From Crocosphaera subtropica ATCC 51142 (GTDB taxonomy: Bacteria; Cyanobacteriota; Cyanobacteriia; Cyanobacteriales; Microcystaceae): a DNA stretch of 32,000 bases. The notes below the pieces were generated by a model. The model saw only the letters and a program-made list of their open reading frames with translations, did not search any database and was not told the origin of the DNA. Positions within the stretch are counted from its first letter, which is position 1; every line of letters begins with the position of its first letter. Of this stretch, positions 1 to 8,687 are shown in pieces. Location: the NCBI RefSeq assembly GCF_000017845.1, contig NC_010546.1, forward strand, positions 900,001 to 932,000, written 5' to 3'. The position numbers and the translations under genes were made by a program.

Positions 1-43
1 AGGCTAGTGGGGAAATTTCAATTATAGAAATTCCCCTCTTTTT

Positions 44-814
44 TTAACTTTCTACAGTTAACAACATTAATTCATCAGCCATTTCAAAGTTAGTGGTCAC
101 ATTCTGTACATCATCCAAAGATTCTAAGGCTTCGATGAGTTTAATAATGGATTTTGCCTGTTCATCATTCTCAATGTAAATGAGATTATTAGGTATCCAT
201 CGTAATTCTACTTCTGTGACATTAAAGTTTTTATCATTCAATGTCTGACTTAATGTATCTAAGTTAGTCATCTCTGTAAAGACTTCTGCTGCTTGATCGT
301 CGTCTTCTTCGTATAATTCATAACTGTCGGCTTCTCCTTCCATAGAAGCTTCTAATAGGGCATTTTCATCGATGTTACCTTCTATTCTCACCACCCCTTT
401 TTGTTCAAACATCCAACTGACACAACCGGTTTCCCCTAAGTTGCCCCCGTTTTTATTAAAGGCAGACCGCAAGTCGGCTGCCGTACGATTTCTGTTATCG
501 GTAAAGGCTTCAATGAGAATAGCAACCCCCCCAACGCCATACCCTTCGTAGCGAATTTCTTCATAAACCGTGTCATCGTTTTCGTAGGTTCCGGCACCTT
601 TAGCGATCGCCCGTTCTATATTATCATTGGGTATGCCGGCTGCTTTGGCTTTTTCGATAGCTGTTCGTAGTTGAAAGTTTCCGGCTGGATCAGGAATGCC
701 GTGTTTCGCTGCGACAATAATTGCACGGGATAATTGAGCAAAGGTTTTCCCTTTTTTGGCATCTACTCTTTCTTTTTGGCGTTTAATATTTGCCCATTTA
801 CTATGTCCTGCCAT
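44..814 (-). CDS. yebC: YebC/PmpR-family DNA-binding transcriptional regulator
   Basis: 256-aa ORF. N-terminus MAGHSKWANIKRQKERVDAKKGKTFAQLSRAI is the family hallmark, and the length is typical. Confidence 0.9.
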   Translation of the reverse strand: MAGHSKWANIKRQKERVDAKKGKTFAQLSRAIIVAAKHGIPDPAGNFQLRTAIEKAKAAGIPNDNIERAIAKGAGTYENDDTVYEEIRYEGYGVGGVAILIEAFTDNRNRTAADLRSAFNKNGGNLGETGCVSWMFEQKGVVRIEGNIDENALLEASMEGEADSYELYEEDDDQAAEVFTEMTNLDTLSQTLNDKNFNVTEVELRWIPNNLIYIENDEQAKSIIKLIEALESLDDVQNVTTNFEMADELMLLTVES

Positions 815-857
815 AAGAATATTTTTAATAACTATCTTTATTATATTTTAGCTTATT

Positions 858-2327
858 TTAGAGTTTGTATTGTTCTTGAATTGATAAGAATTTTTGGTTA
901 ACTTCCTTTGCATTTTTAGCAATTTTACCAAACTCTACAAATCGTTTTAACTCTTTTCTTAATAAGTTTCGTTCTACTTCCCAAGTTTCTCGATCTAAAT
1001 CGGGAGGCATCACTATCATATCATAGATGATCGCTTGTTTTTTATCAGGATAAGGTCGCAACACTCTGCCTCTTCTTTGAATAAATTGATGGGGATTTCC
1101 ACTACTGGCTAAAATTACTGCTTGTTGAATTTCTGGGATGTCTATCCCTTCATCTAAACAACGAATAGAGACTATGCCTTGTAAGTCTCCTTTTTGCAAT
1201 TGTTGACGAATTTTTTCCCTTTCTGCTAAGGTATTTTCGGCGGTATAAGTGTTGACTCGATATCCTAATTCTCTACCTAAAATGTGAGTCACTGCCGAAA
1301 TTTGTTTTTGATAATTGTTCGGTTCATTTTCTAAATAGCCATCCCCACAATAAAATAGAGTATGTTTAGTTTCTAATAAGGTTTTCATCAATTTTCTGAG
1401 GGCGGTTAATTTATTTTCTGCGGTTCCAATTAAACGCGATCGCTGAATTAATAAGGAGGTTAAGTTATCATTATTTTTTAGATTATCATTTTTTCCTAAT
1501 GCCCAACCAATACGCTGAGTTAATTTAGCATAGGTAAAGGCTTCTGATTCGGTTAAATTAACAAATATAGGGTAGTATAAATAAGGCACTAAGGCTTGTT
1601 TTTTGATGGCATCAGCTAAGGTAAATTCTGGTTTTATGATGTCTCCAAAATAGTTTAATAAAGCGTCGGTTCCTTCTTCATCAAAATAGCGTTCTGGGGT
1701 AGCTGATAAAGCTAATCTTAAGCCAATATTACGGGGTAAACTAGATTCTAAACGAGGGGACCCTAAATGATGCGCCTCATCGCCAACAATTAAGGTTTTC
1801 TCAGGAAAAAATTTAACTTGTGATTGAAATCCTTGATTAATTAAAGTAGAATTAGTGGTAATAATAGTTAAAAAAGGTTTTTGTTTACACTGTATATTAT
1901 AGAGTTCCGTTGCTAGTTGACTTTGCCAATTATACACACTTTCAAAGGCTAAAATAGGATTAAGATTAAACTTTTTACATTCTCTTTCCCATTGAAGAAC
2001 TAAATGACGATAGGGACAAAGCACTAATAAAACTTGCAATTTAATCGTTTCATACAATTCTGTGGCAATGGCTAAAGCAGTAATCGTTTTTCCGCTTCCT
2101 GTCGCCATTTTCAAAGTTCCTCGACCTTTATTTGTAAACCAGTTAATAACAGCTTCTTGCTGATAATCTCGTAATTTTATAGATTCTGGTATTTGAGGAA
2201 TGCCTTGAGTAAAAACTTGATAACTTTTTTTCTTTTCTCTAACTCGATAATTAGAATATTTTTTTTTATAATCTGTAATTAATTCATTCCAATCAATTGT
2301 TAAATTAATTTGATTATATTCATCCAT
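858..2327 (-). CDS. Superfamily-2 DEAD/DEAH-box helicase (type III restriction Res-subunit-like helicase core)
   Basis: 489 aa. Motif I MATGSGKT, motif II GDEAHHLG (DEAH), motif III SATPER, motif VI QFIQRRGRVLR. No methyltransferase or nuclease gene is adjacent. Confidence 0.8.
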   Translation of the reverse strand: MDEYNQINLTIDWNELITDYKKKYSNYRVREKKKSYQVFTQGIPQIPESIKLRDYQQEAVINWFTNKGRGTLKMATGSGKTITALAIATELYETIKLQVLLVLCPYRHLVLQWERECKKFNLNPILAFESVYNWQSQLATELYNIQCKQKPFLTIITTNSTLINQGFQSQVKFFPEKTLIVGDEAHHLGSPRLESSLPRNIGLRLALSATPERYFDEEGTDALLNYFGDIIKPEFTLADAIKKQALVPYLYYPIFVNLTESEAFTYAKLTQRIGWALGKNDNLKNNDNLTSLLIQRSRLIGTAENKLTALRKLMKTLLETKHTLFYCGDGYLENEPNNYQKQISAVTHILGRELGYRVNTYTAENTLAEREKIRQQLQKGDLQGIVSIRCLDEGIDIPEIQQAVILASSGNPHQFIQRRGRVLRPYPDKKQAIIYDMIVMPPDLDRETWEVERNLLRKELKRFVEFGKIAKNAKEVNQKFLSIQEQYKL

Positions 2328-2359
2328 TAGCTTTTAATTATTTATATTCTAATTTTTAT

Positions 2360-2383
2360 AGAGACGCTATTAATAGCGTCTCT
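2360..2383 (-). terminator. Perfect 24-nt palindrome AGAGACGCTATTAATAGCGTCTCT; hairpin between the DUF360 gene and the helicase gene
   Basis: Read directly: 10-12 bp perfect stem, 23 nt downstream of the stop of the 2407-2745 ORF. The flanking T/A runs are weak, so terminator function is not certain. Confidence 0.4.
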
Positions 2384-2406
2384 TACTCAAACTTTTTTGA
2401 GAACTC

Positions 2407-2745
2407 TTATCCTACAAAATTCGATAAAACTCCATTAATAAAACTGAGACAAATTGATCCAAAAAGCGCACTCCAAAAACCATAACGCAAGCGAAAACCA
2501 CTCACTAAAGCAGCAGCTAAGCCAAATACGATGGCATTAACAATTAACAAAAATAATCCTAATGTTAATATTGTTAAAGGAATGCTAAGAAAAATTAGAA
2601 TTGGTTTAACTAAGGCATTGAGAATACCAAAAACAATGGCAGCCACTAAAGCTTTCCAAAAATTATCCACTTCTACGCCTATAGGTAGTTGTGCAATAAT
2701 CAATAAACTGATAGCGGTGATTAGCAAAGAAATTAATATTTCCAT
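2407..2745 (-). CDS. DUF360 / phage-holin-4-like small integral membrane protein
   Basis: 112 aa with about 4 hydrophobic segments. The pattern ALVAAIVFGILNALVKPILIFLSIPLTILTLGLFLLIVNA is typical of the YvlD/DUF360 family. Confidence 0.75.
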   Translation of the reverse strand: MEILISLLITAISLLIIAQLPIGVEVDNFWKALVAAIVFGILNALVKPILIFLSIPLTILTLGLFLLIVNAIVFGLAAALVSGFRLRYGFWSALFGSICLSFINGVLSNFVG

Positions 2746-2812
2746 AATCTTATGTTTTTCAATTTATTAGCATTTTCTCCTATATTATAAGACAAACAAT
2801 TAAAGAAGAAAG

Positions 2813-4114
2813 TTATACGTCTTTATGAGTAAAAGCTTTTGCATTATCACCAGAATAAGTAGCTGCAATGTGACCTTTTCCTGTAACTTGATACTTATAG
2901 GTAACTAACCCTTCTAATCCCACAGGACCCCTAGGAGGCATTTTCTGGGTACTGATGCCAACTTCTGCCCCAAACCCATAACGAAACCCGTCAGCAAACC
3001 GTGTTGAACAATTATGATACACGCCAGCAGCATCCACTTGATTCATAAATGTTTCTGCGCTATTTCTATCCTCGGTAACAATAGCATCAGTATGTTTTGA
3101 ACCATAGGTATTAATATGATTAATGGCTACTTCTAAAGAGTCTACAACTTTAATAGATAAGATCAAATCACTGTATTCTGTCTTCCAGTCTTCTTCGGTT
3201 GCTGCTTCAATATTTAGATAATTTTGAGTTAATTTATCCCCTTTTAATTTAACTTGATGGGAGTTTAATGCCTCCGCAATTTTAGGTAAAAATTCAGCAG
3301 CAATGTCTTGATGTATTAATAAGGTTTCAATAGCATTACAAGCAGCAGGATATTGAGTTTTTGAGTCTACTGTAATAGAAGTTGCTGTTTCTAAATCAGC
3401 TTGTTTATCAATATATAAGTGACAAATTCCATCCGCATGACCTAAAACGGGAATATTGGTGTTTTGTTGAATAAATCTGACAAATTCATTGGAACCTCTA
3501 GGGATAATTAAATCAATATATTCATCTAAAACTAACAAGTTTCTAATTTCTTCACGAGTTGTTAATAACTGTACTGTATCGGGATCAACTTTGGTGTTTT
3601 TCAAAGCTTCTCTAATAATTTTCACTAAAGTTTGACAAGAATTAATTGCTTCTTTTCCTCCCTTTAAAATAACGGCATTCCCTGATTTTATAGCTAAACT
3701 GGTAATCTGAATCAAAGCTTCTGGACGGGCTTCAAAAATGATTCCTAATACCCCTAAAGGACAACTTACCCGTTTTAAAATCAAACCTTCATCTAATTCT
3801 CTATGAATGGAAATATGACCCAAAGGGTCAGCTAAATTAACCACATCTCTGACCCCTTTTATGGTAGCTTTTAGTTTAGTTTCTCCCAGTTTCAAACGGT
3901 TATATAAAGGTTTAGAAATCCCTTCTTTTTCTGCTAGTTCACAGTCTAATTCATTGGCTTTTATAATATCGGCTGAAGCAGTTTCTAAAGCTTGTGCGAT
4001 CGCTTCTATGGCTTGGTTGCGATCATCCGTGGAAAGTCCCCCTAATTTTCTCGCTGCTTGAGAAGTTTTCTCGGCAATTTCTTTTAATAATAATGATGAT
4101 GAATTAACTATCAT
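2813..4114 (-). CDS. proA: Gamma-glutamyl-phosphate reductase
   Basis: 433 aa. Aldehyde-dehydrogenase-like ProA blocks are present: [82 protein letters not shown]. Confidence 0.93.
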   Translation of the reverse strand: MIVNSSSLLLKEIAEKTSQAARKLGGLSTDDRNQAIEAIAQALETASADIIKANELDCELAEKEGISKPLYNRLKLGETKLKATIKGVRDVVNLADPLGHISIHRELDEGLILKRVSCPLGVLGIIFEARPEALIQITSLAIKSGNAVILKGGKEAINSCQTLVKIIREALKNTKVDPDTVQLLTTREEIRNLLVLDEYIDLIIPRGSNEFVRFIQQNTNIPVLGHADGICHLYIDKQADLETATSITVDSKTQYPAACNAIETLLIHQDIAAEFLPKIAEALNSHQVKLKGDKLTQNYLNIEAATEEDWKTEYSDLILSIKVVDSLEVAINHINTYGSKHTDAIVTEDRNSAETFMNQVDAAGVYHNCSTRFADGFRYGFGAEVGISTQKMPPRGPVGLEGLVTYKYQVTGKGHIAATYSGDNAKAFTHKDV

Positions 4115-4143
4115 TGCTAATAATAATTTTTATTTTATAAAGG

Positions 4144-4338
4144 CTAATTTTGAGATTTAGAACGAAAGATATTATCTAACTCTTCTTTGCTCATACTATG
4201 AGGATAGGGATATTTTTTAGCATTAGGGCTACGACGATTAACAAATAGTTCTCTAATTGCTTCATCATCAGTAGGGTTTTGTCGGATATAAGTTTTTAAT
4301 TCTTTACGAGTCATTTGTGTAAAATTAGGTTTCGTCAT
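4144..4338 (-). CDS. Small hypothetical protein, DUF6887-like (cyanobacterial)
   Basis: The ORF track gives 4144-4368. The internal ATG at 4338 yields MTKPNFTQMTRKELKTYIRQNPTDDEAIRELF, which fits the N-terminus I recall for this family. That start overlaps the upstream stop by 14 nt; another ATG at 4314 is also possible. The family name is from memory only. Confidence 0.5.
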   Translation of the reverse strand: MTKPNFTQMTRKELKTYIRQNPTDDEAIRELFVNRRSPNAKKYPYPHSMSKEELDNIFRSKSQN

Positions 4339-4519
4339 CTTCGTAAAATTCCCAGTTTCCTTGTTCAAAAATTATAATTTCTATTCCTTCGTTATTGCCA
4401 GCCAAAATATAGATGTGTTTATACAGTGGATCATATCTAAATAAATGGATGGGTTGCAACATATCCGATAAAGATTGACAAACACAAACTGAGGCAATAG
4501 CTTGTTCATGACTAGGCAT
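4325..4519 (-). CDS. Small hypothetical protein, DUF6888-like (cyanobacterial)
   Basis: 64 aa. The pattern QAIASVCVCQSLSDMLQPIHLFRYD...IYILAG...IEIIIF..GNWEF resembles the family as I recall it. It sits immediately upstream of, and overlaps, the 4144 gene. Confidence 0.5.
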   Translation of the reverse strand: MPSHEQAIASVCVCQSLSDMLQPIHLFRYDPLYKHIYILAGNNEGIEIIIFEQGNWEFYEDDET

Positions 4520-4649
4520 TTAAGAGCAGGTTCTCACTTAATCTTGTTTGTTCATAATAATATCTTTAAATTATTCTACCCTAAAATTCCGTTAACTTTT
4601 GGGTTTGTTGGCTTTTTTACTGGTTTCATCCGAATAATCTGCCGAAAAA

Positions 4650-4953
4650 TCATTTATTTTCTAATTTTTTCACTTGATTAAGGGCATCTACATAGTCATC
4701 CATTTTGTTTTGTTGTGAGTAAAGTTGTGCTGCTTGATTGTAGTCGGCGATCGCCCCTTCATAATCCCCTGATTTACCTTTGTTATAACCACTGTTAAAC
4801 CATTCTTCTGCGGTTAAAGTGACGGTTTAGGTATTTGAGGGCGGTTTAACCCCCGTAATACCCCATTCTAGGTTATGAAAAGCCCTACTATCATCCTCTT
4901 GTTCAAACTTCACCCAATTAAGTTCTTTGAGGAAGTGTAAATCATCATTTCAA
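4650..4953 (-). pseudogene. Remnant of a TPR-containing gene interrupted by an in-frame TAA
   Basis: Minus-strand frame reads NDDLHFLKELNWVKFEQEDDSRAFHNLEWGITGVKPPSNT-TAA(4827-4829)-TVTLTAEEWFNSGYNKGKSGDYEGAIADYNQAAQLYSQQNKMDDYVDALNQVKKLENK-stop(4650-4652). There is no start codon, and a TGA lies just upstream. The GDYEGAIADYNQA motif is TPR-like. Confidence 0.4.
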
Positions 4954-5369
4954 ATAAGTTTGAGACAGAGGAGTGTGAGCATCTTGCTCACTATGCTAAC
5001 AATACAGTAGGCACGTTTGGTCTCATTTCTATTTGAATTAACTAGAGAAAGCGGGTTTTCAAATTATTAGACAAGATAAACATATTTCCATGAGTAATGG
5101 CAACTGTTACAGTTTATACGAAAACCCAATAACCTAAGTGTCTTTTTATACAAATACCATGTATAATTAAATTAATGGATGTTAAAATCTCCCTTTATTT
5201 CCCTAATTTTCTACTTTATTAACAGAATCTTCTACTCATTAATTCAAAAAATTCTCTTTTTTTTGGGACTGAAGTATTACGATTAACCCGATAAACTAAG
5301 ATTAAAGGCAAAACGCAGTTACCAACCCATATCAACTGACTGCCTTTGTCCGACATCTATAATCTGTTT

Positions 5370-5470
5370 TTTGCAAAGCGTTTTCTCAAACAGATGACTA
5401 GGTGTGAGGGGTCATTGTTTTGAGGGAGGAGTTGGCGTTGGTGATAACCCTATCACCTCTCCTCTTTTTC
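5370..5470 (+). ncRNA. Candidate about 100-nt small RNA (promoter-like hexamers, two hairpins, T-run)
   Basis: CTGACT (5336-5341), 16-nt spacer, TATAAT (5358-5363). Hairpin 1 pairs 5385-5398 with 5411-5424. Hairpin 2 has GGTGATA (5440-5446), loop accc, TATCACC (5451-5457), plus an outer GAGGAG/CTCCTC stem (5426-5431/5459-5464) followed by TTTTT (5465-5469). No ORF is present. Purely structural inference. Confidence 0.25.
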
Positions 5471-5595
5471 TTCTCAAATATTAGTTAATTATTGACCCAA
5501 ATTGAAATAAAAACATGAAAAAATTACCAGGACTTTGCACAGATCGTTCTCTTACCTTTTACGAAGTTGCTGTATCTTTGATTTTGGTAGCTTTT

Positions 5596-5979
5596 TTATG
5601 AGTTGTTGTTATTATTCGAGAGTAAAAGTGATTCTTTTTGATCAGAAGAAGCGATCGTTTGTGTGAGGAGATAATTAAGAATTGTTCGTACGGCAATAAT
5701 AAGAATTAATCTGGCCAGATCATCCCAACGACTAGAGATCATCGTTTTCAAAATACTTGCCCCCACCAAAAAGCTTAACCCCAAAGAAAAAGAATAACCC
5801 ATTGCCAAACGACTGCGTTGAAACGCTTCGGTTGTTTGGGGTTTAAACAATAAATCTTTGAGAAAAATAATTAAAGCCCTCATAATGCCAACAAAAATGA
5901 CAAAGAGGGCTAATAATTGACATAAGCTGGTTAACAGTTCATTACAGTTACGAACCGTTAAGGCAAGGGTTTCACTCAT
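5596..5979 (-). CDS. DUF1622-family membrane protein
   Basis: 127 aa with hydrophobic helices. The block RLAMGYSFSLGLSFLVGASILKT...W.DL..L..I..IRT.LNYLL matches the DUF1622 pattern as recalled. Confidence 0.65.
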   Translation of the reverse strand: MSETLALTVRNCNELLTSLCQLLALFVIFVGIMRALIIFLKDLLFKPQTTEAFQRSRLAMGYSFSLGLSFLVGASILKTMISSRWDDLARLILIIAVRTILNYLLTQTIASSDQKESLLLSNNNNNS

Positions 5980-6051
5980 TCTTAAAGGGACTAGGGAATA
6001 GGGAACAGAAAAACTTGATTTTTATTCCCTTATTAAATATATCTAACTTGA

Positions 6052-7197
6052 TCATTTCCCCTTATTCTCTTTCATCATGTTGACAAACTTCTCAAATAAG
6101 TAGTCTGCATCGTGGGGACCGGGACTGGCTTCGGGATGGTATTGTACCGAGAAGAACGGTAAGGTTTTGTGGGATAAACCAGCTACCGTGCGATCGTTTA
6201 AATTTAGATGGGTAATTTCTACCTCTGCATCTAAAGATTTTTCCGTTACTGCAAAACCATGATTTTGACTGGTAATTTCCACCTTTTGTTGCAGTCCACA
6301 GGGTTGATTTAAACCCCGATGACCAAACTTTAACTTAAAGGTTTCAGCCCCCAAAGATAGCCCTAAAATTTGGTGGCCCATACAAATGCCAAAAGTCGGT
6401 TTTCCTTGTTCAATTAAGGCTTTAACCGTTGTCACCCCTTCTGTTACTGCCGAAGGATCACCAGGACCGTTGGATAAGAAAATACCATCGGGATTGTACT
6501 TCAAAATGTCTTCAGGAGGGGTATCAGCAGGAACCACAATGATTTTACAACCATAACTAGCTAACCGTCGTAAAATATTCCGTTTTACGCCAAAATCAAT
6601 GGCTACCACTGTTAAAGACTCAGAAGAACCATCCCCGTTTTTAGGCTTAAATTCCCAGTGTCCTTCTGTCGGAGTCGACCACTCATAAATCTCTTTAGTG
6701 GTTACTTCCTTAACTAAATTCAACCCTGCCATGGAGGGGGCTGATTGAACTTGACGTAATAATTCGCTTTTATCCAAGATTTCTGTAGAAATAATTCCAT
6801 TCATTGCCCCTACAGAGCGAATTTTACGGGTTAACGCCCTGGTGTCAATACCGTAGATGCCAACAATTTTATGACGAATTAAATAATCAGGTAAGGACTC
6901 GGTTGATCGCCAATTACTGGGGCGATAAGTTACGTTACGGGCGATCACCCCTTTAACCTGGGGTTTTTCTGATTCCTCATCATCGGGGTTAACCCCTGTA
7001 TTCCCTAATTCTGGATAAGTAAACGTAACAATCTGACCACAATAACTGGGATCGGTCAAAACTTCTTGGTATCCTGTCATTCCTGTATTAAATACTACCT
7101 CTCCCACCGTGGTTCCTTTTGCCCCGAAGGATAACCCTTCAAAACTTGTTCCGTCAGCTAATACTAATAAAGCGGGTTTTCCCTTTGCCATTGCCAT
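6052..7197 (-). CDS. carA: Carbamoyl-phosphate synthase small (glutamine amidotransferase) subunit
   Basis: 381 aa. Blocks [33 protein letters not shown], the GATase catalytic block GICMGHQ, and the C-terminal [15 protein letters not shown]. Confidence 0.93.
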   Translation of the reverse strand: MAMAKGKPALLVLADGTSFEGLSFGAKGTTVGEVVFNTGMTGYQEVLTDPSYCGQIVTFTYPELGNTGVNPDDEESEKPQVKGVIARNVTYRPSNWRSTESLPDYLIRHKIVGIYGIDTRALTRKIRSVGAMNGIISTEILDKSELLRQVQSAPSMAGLNLVKEVTTKEIYEWSTPTEGHWEFKPKNGDGSSESLTVVAIDFGVKRNILRRLASYGCKIIVVPADTPPEDILKYNPDGIFLSNGPGDPSAVTEGVTTVKALIEQGKPTFGICMGHQILGLSLGAETFKLKFGHRGLNQPCGLQQKVEITSQNHGFAVTEKSLDAEVEITHLNLNDRTVAGLSHKTLPFFSVQYHPEASPGPHDADYLFEKFVNMMKENKGK

Positions 7198-7394
7198 AAT
7201 CGTTAAGTTTTTGATACTAAGAAGGGATGAAACCTAGCGGTTAACGATACACTAGATCAGGCAATCCATAAAATCCTGATGTCCTAGCCACCTGTTGAGA
7301 ATAAGTTTACCCCTAGGTTACTGGGGATAATTCTAGCAGATGCTTCTGGGGTGTTAAGGTAGAGTCGAACTGCCAAAAAGGTAGGTATAATCCC

Positions 7395-8276
7395 ATGAGT
7401 CCCAAGAAATTAACCGACGACGACAAACAAGAAATTCTTAATCTTTATCGTCAAACCCCAGAAACTACATCTACCTTAGCTGACCGTTACGGGGTCAGTA
7501 GTTCTACCATTAGTCGTTTTTTGAAAAATACTCTATCCGATGTGGAGTATGAAGATTTAATTCAACAAAAACGCTTAGCCAGAACGAATAAACTTCAAAC
7601 AAACCCGGAAGTCGATTCTACTCCCCAGGCAACAAAACCGATTCTCAAAGTGAGTGAGGAAGTTCCCCCACCAGAACCTACGACCAATCAAACAGAAAAA
7701 CCTGAGACTTTATCTCCAGAATCCACCTCAAAACCGAAGCCAGTGGTTAAAAAAGAAACCCCTGTTTTACTGTCTCAACAAGAAGACGAAGAAACCGAAG
7801 AAACTGAAGAGTTGGAAGAAGTCAATGTCGTCGCCGTTGGCGAAATGCTAGGAGAAGAGTTAGAAGATAGTGATGAGGACTGGGACGATGAAGAAGATGA
7901 GGATGAGGGTGAAGAAGAAGAAGAGTACAACGACTCTTTATCCACACCAGAAGATGTTCAAGTTCTCCCCTTATCTGCGGCCACCTTCCCCAAAACTTGT
8001 TATCTAGTTATCGATCGATCAGCTGAATTAATTGCCAAACCTTTAAAAGAGTTTGCCCACCTTGGTCAAATTCCTGTCGATGAGGTACAACAAAAAACGC
8101 TACCGATTTTCGATAATCATCGGGTCGCCCGTCGTTTTTCCAATCGTTCTCAACGAGTGATTAAGATTCCTGATGGCCGCCTTCTCTACAAAACTTGTGA
8201 CTATCTACAAGCTAAAGGAATTACTCGTATTCTTATGGATGGTCAAATTTATTCCCTAGCGACTAAATCAGACTAA
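7395..8276 (+). CDS. Hypothetical protein: N-terminal HTH-like segment, long proline-rich/polyacidic linker, C-terminal globular domain
   Basis: 293 aa. TSTLADRYGVSSSTISRFLK resembles a resolvase/sigma-type HTH. Residues about 120-180 are a D/E low-complexity tract. Transcribed divergently from carA. Confidence 0.55.
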   Translation: MSPKKLTDDDKQEILNLYRQTPETTSTLADRYGVSSSTISRFLKNTLSDVEYEDLIQQKRLARTNKLQTNPEVDSTPQATKPILKVSEEVPPPEPTTNQTEKPETLSPESTSKPKPVVKKETPVLLSQQEDEETEETEELEEVNVVAVGEMLGEELEDSDEDWDDEEDEDEGEEEEEYNDSLSTPEDVQVLPLSAATFPKTCYLVIDRSAELIAKPLKEFAHLGQIPVDEVQQKTLPIFDNHRVARRFSNRSQRVIKIPDGRLLYKTCDYLQAKGITRILMDGQIYSLATKSD

Positions 8277-8687
8277 ATTGTTGTTCATCAATTTTATAAT
8301 TAAATTATGATAAGGAGATCAGGGAAAATGCAACTCCACCAATGGAAAAAACAGAAAAAACCCTAGTAATATTTCAGTAACAAAATAGACATTATTTAAA
8401 ACTTAGATATTAATACGGAGGATAAGATAAAATACTTTACAAAATAATATGAGTAAAGTTAAATAACAAATAAGTTTTTTAACAAATAGGAATTGATTAC
8501 ACCAATCGGATTTTCTTCGGAGTAAAATGAAAAATACAAACACTTTCATCCTGTTATCTCAGGATAACTAATAGCAGTGGATTGGTTGATCTCTTAAGGA
8601 GATAATATCTGGTTGACATGAACTAGAAGACAATTGGATTTACTGCGATTTATTAAGCTACCATTTTTGAGCGTGTCTAATCCTACT

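Noticed and set aside
858-2327. Helicase as part of a type III or type I restriction-modification system
   Set aside because: No methyltransferase, specificity subunit or endonuclease domain lies within or next to the gene. The neighbours are yebC and a DUF360 membrane protein.
2531-2770. 79-aa plus-strand ORF antisense to the DUF360 gene
   Set aside because: It is embedded almost entirely antisense within a gene that has a recognisable family pattern. Its sequence is low-complexity and K/I-rich, as expected from antisense reading of a hydrophobic AT-rich gene.
3861-4061. 66-aa ORF antisense within proA
   Set aside because: It lies entirely inside a well-supported proA CDS and has no motif.
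5399-5412. Minus-strand ACCCCTCACAC resembling the conserved Yfr1 sRNA motif ACUCCUCACAC
   Set aside because: There is one mismatch. On the minus strand the motif sits in a hairpin loop rather than in a single-stranded linker between two stem-loops. No U-tract terminator follows on that strand. The plus-strand reading, with its -10 hexamer and terminator, is more coherent. A covariance-model scan would settle it.
5515-5601. 28-aa plus-strand mini-ORF MKKLPGLCTDRSLTFYEVAVSLILVAFL
   Set aside because: It is too short to support. It has no convincing RBS and it overlaps the 3' end of the DUF1622 gene. It cannot be distinguished from chance without Ribo-seq.
7654-7851. 65-aa ORF in an alternative frame of the acidic-linker protein
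   Set aside because: It is a K/P-rich frame-shifted reading of a GAA/GAG-rich low-complexity tract, so it is an artefact.
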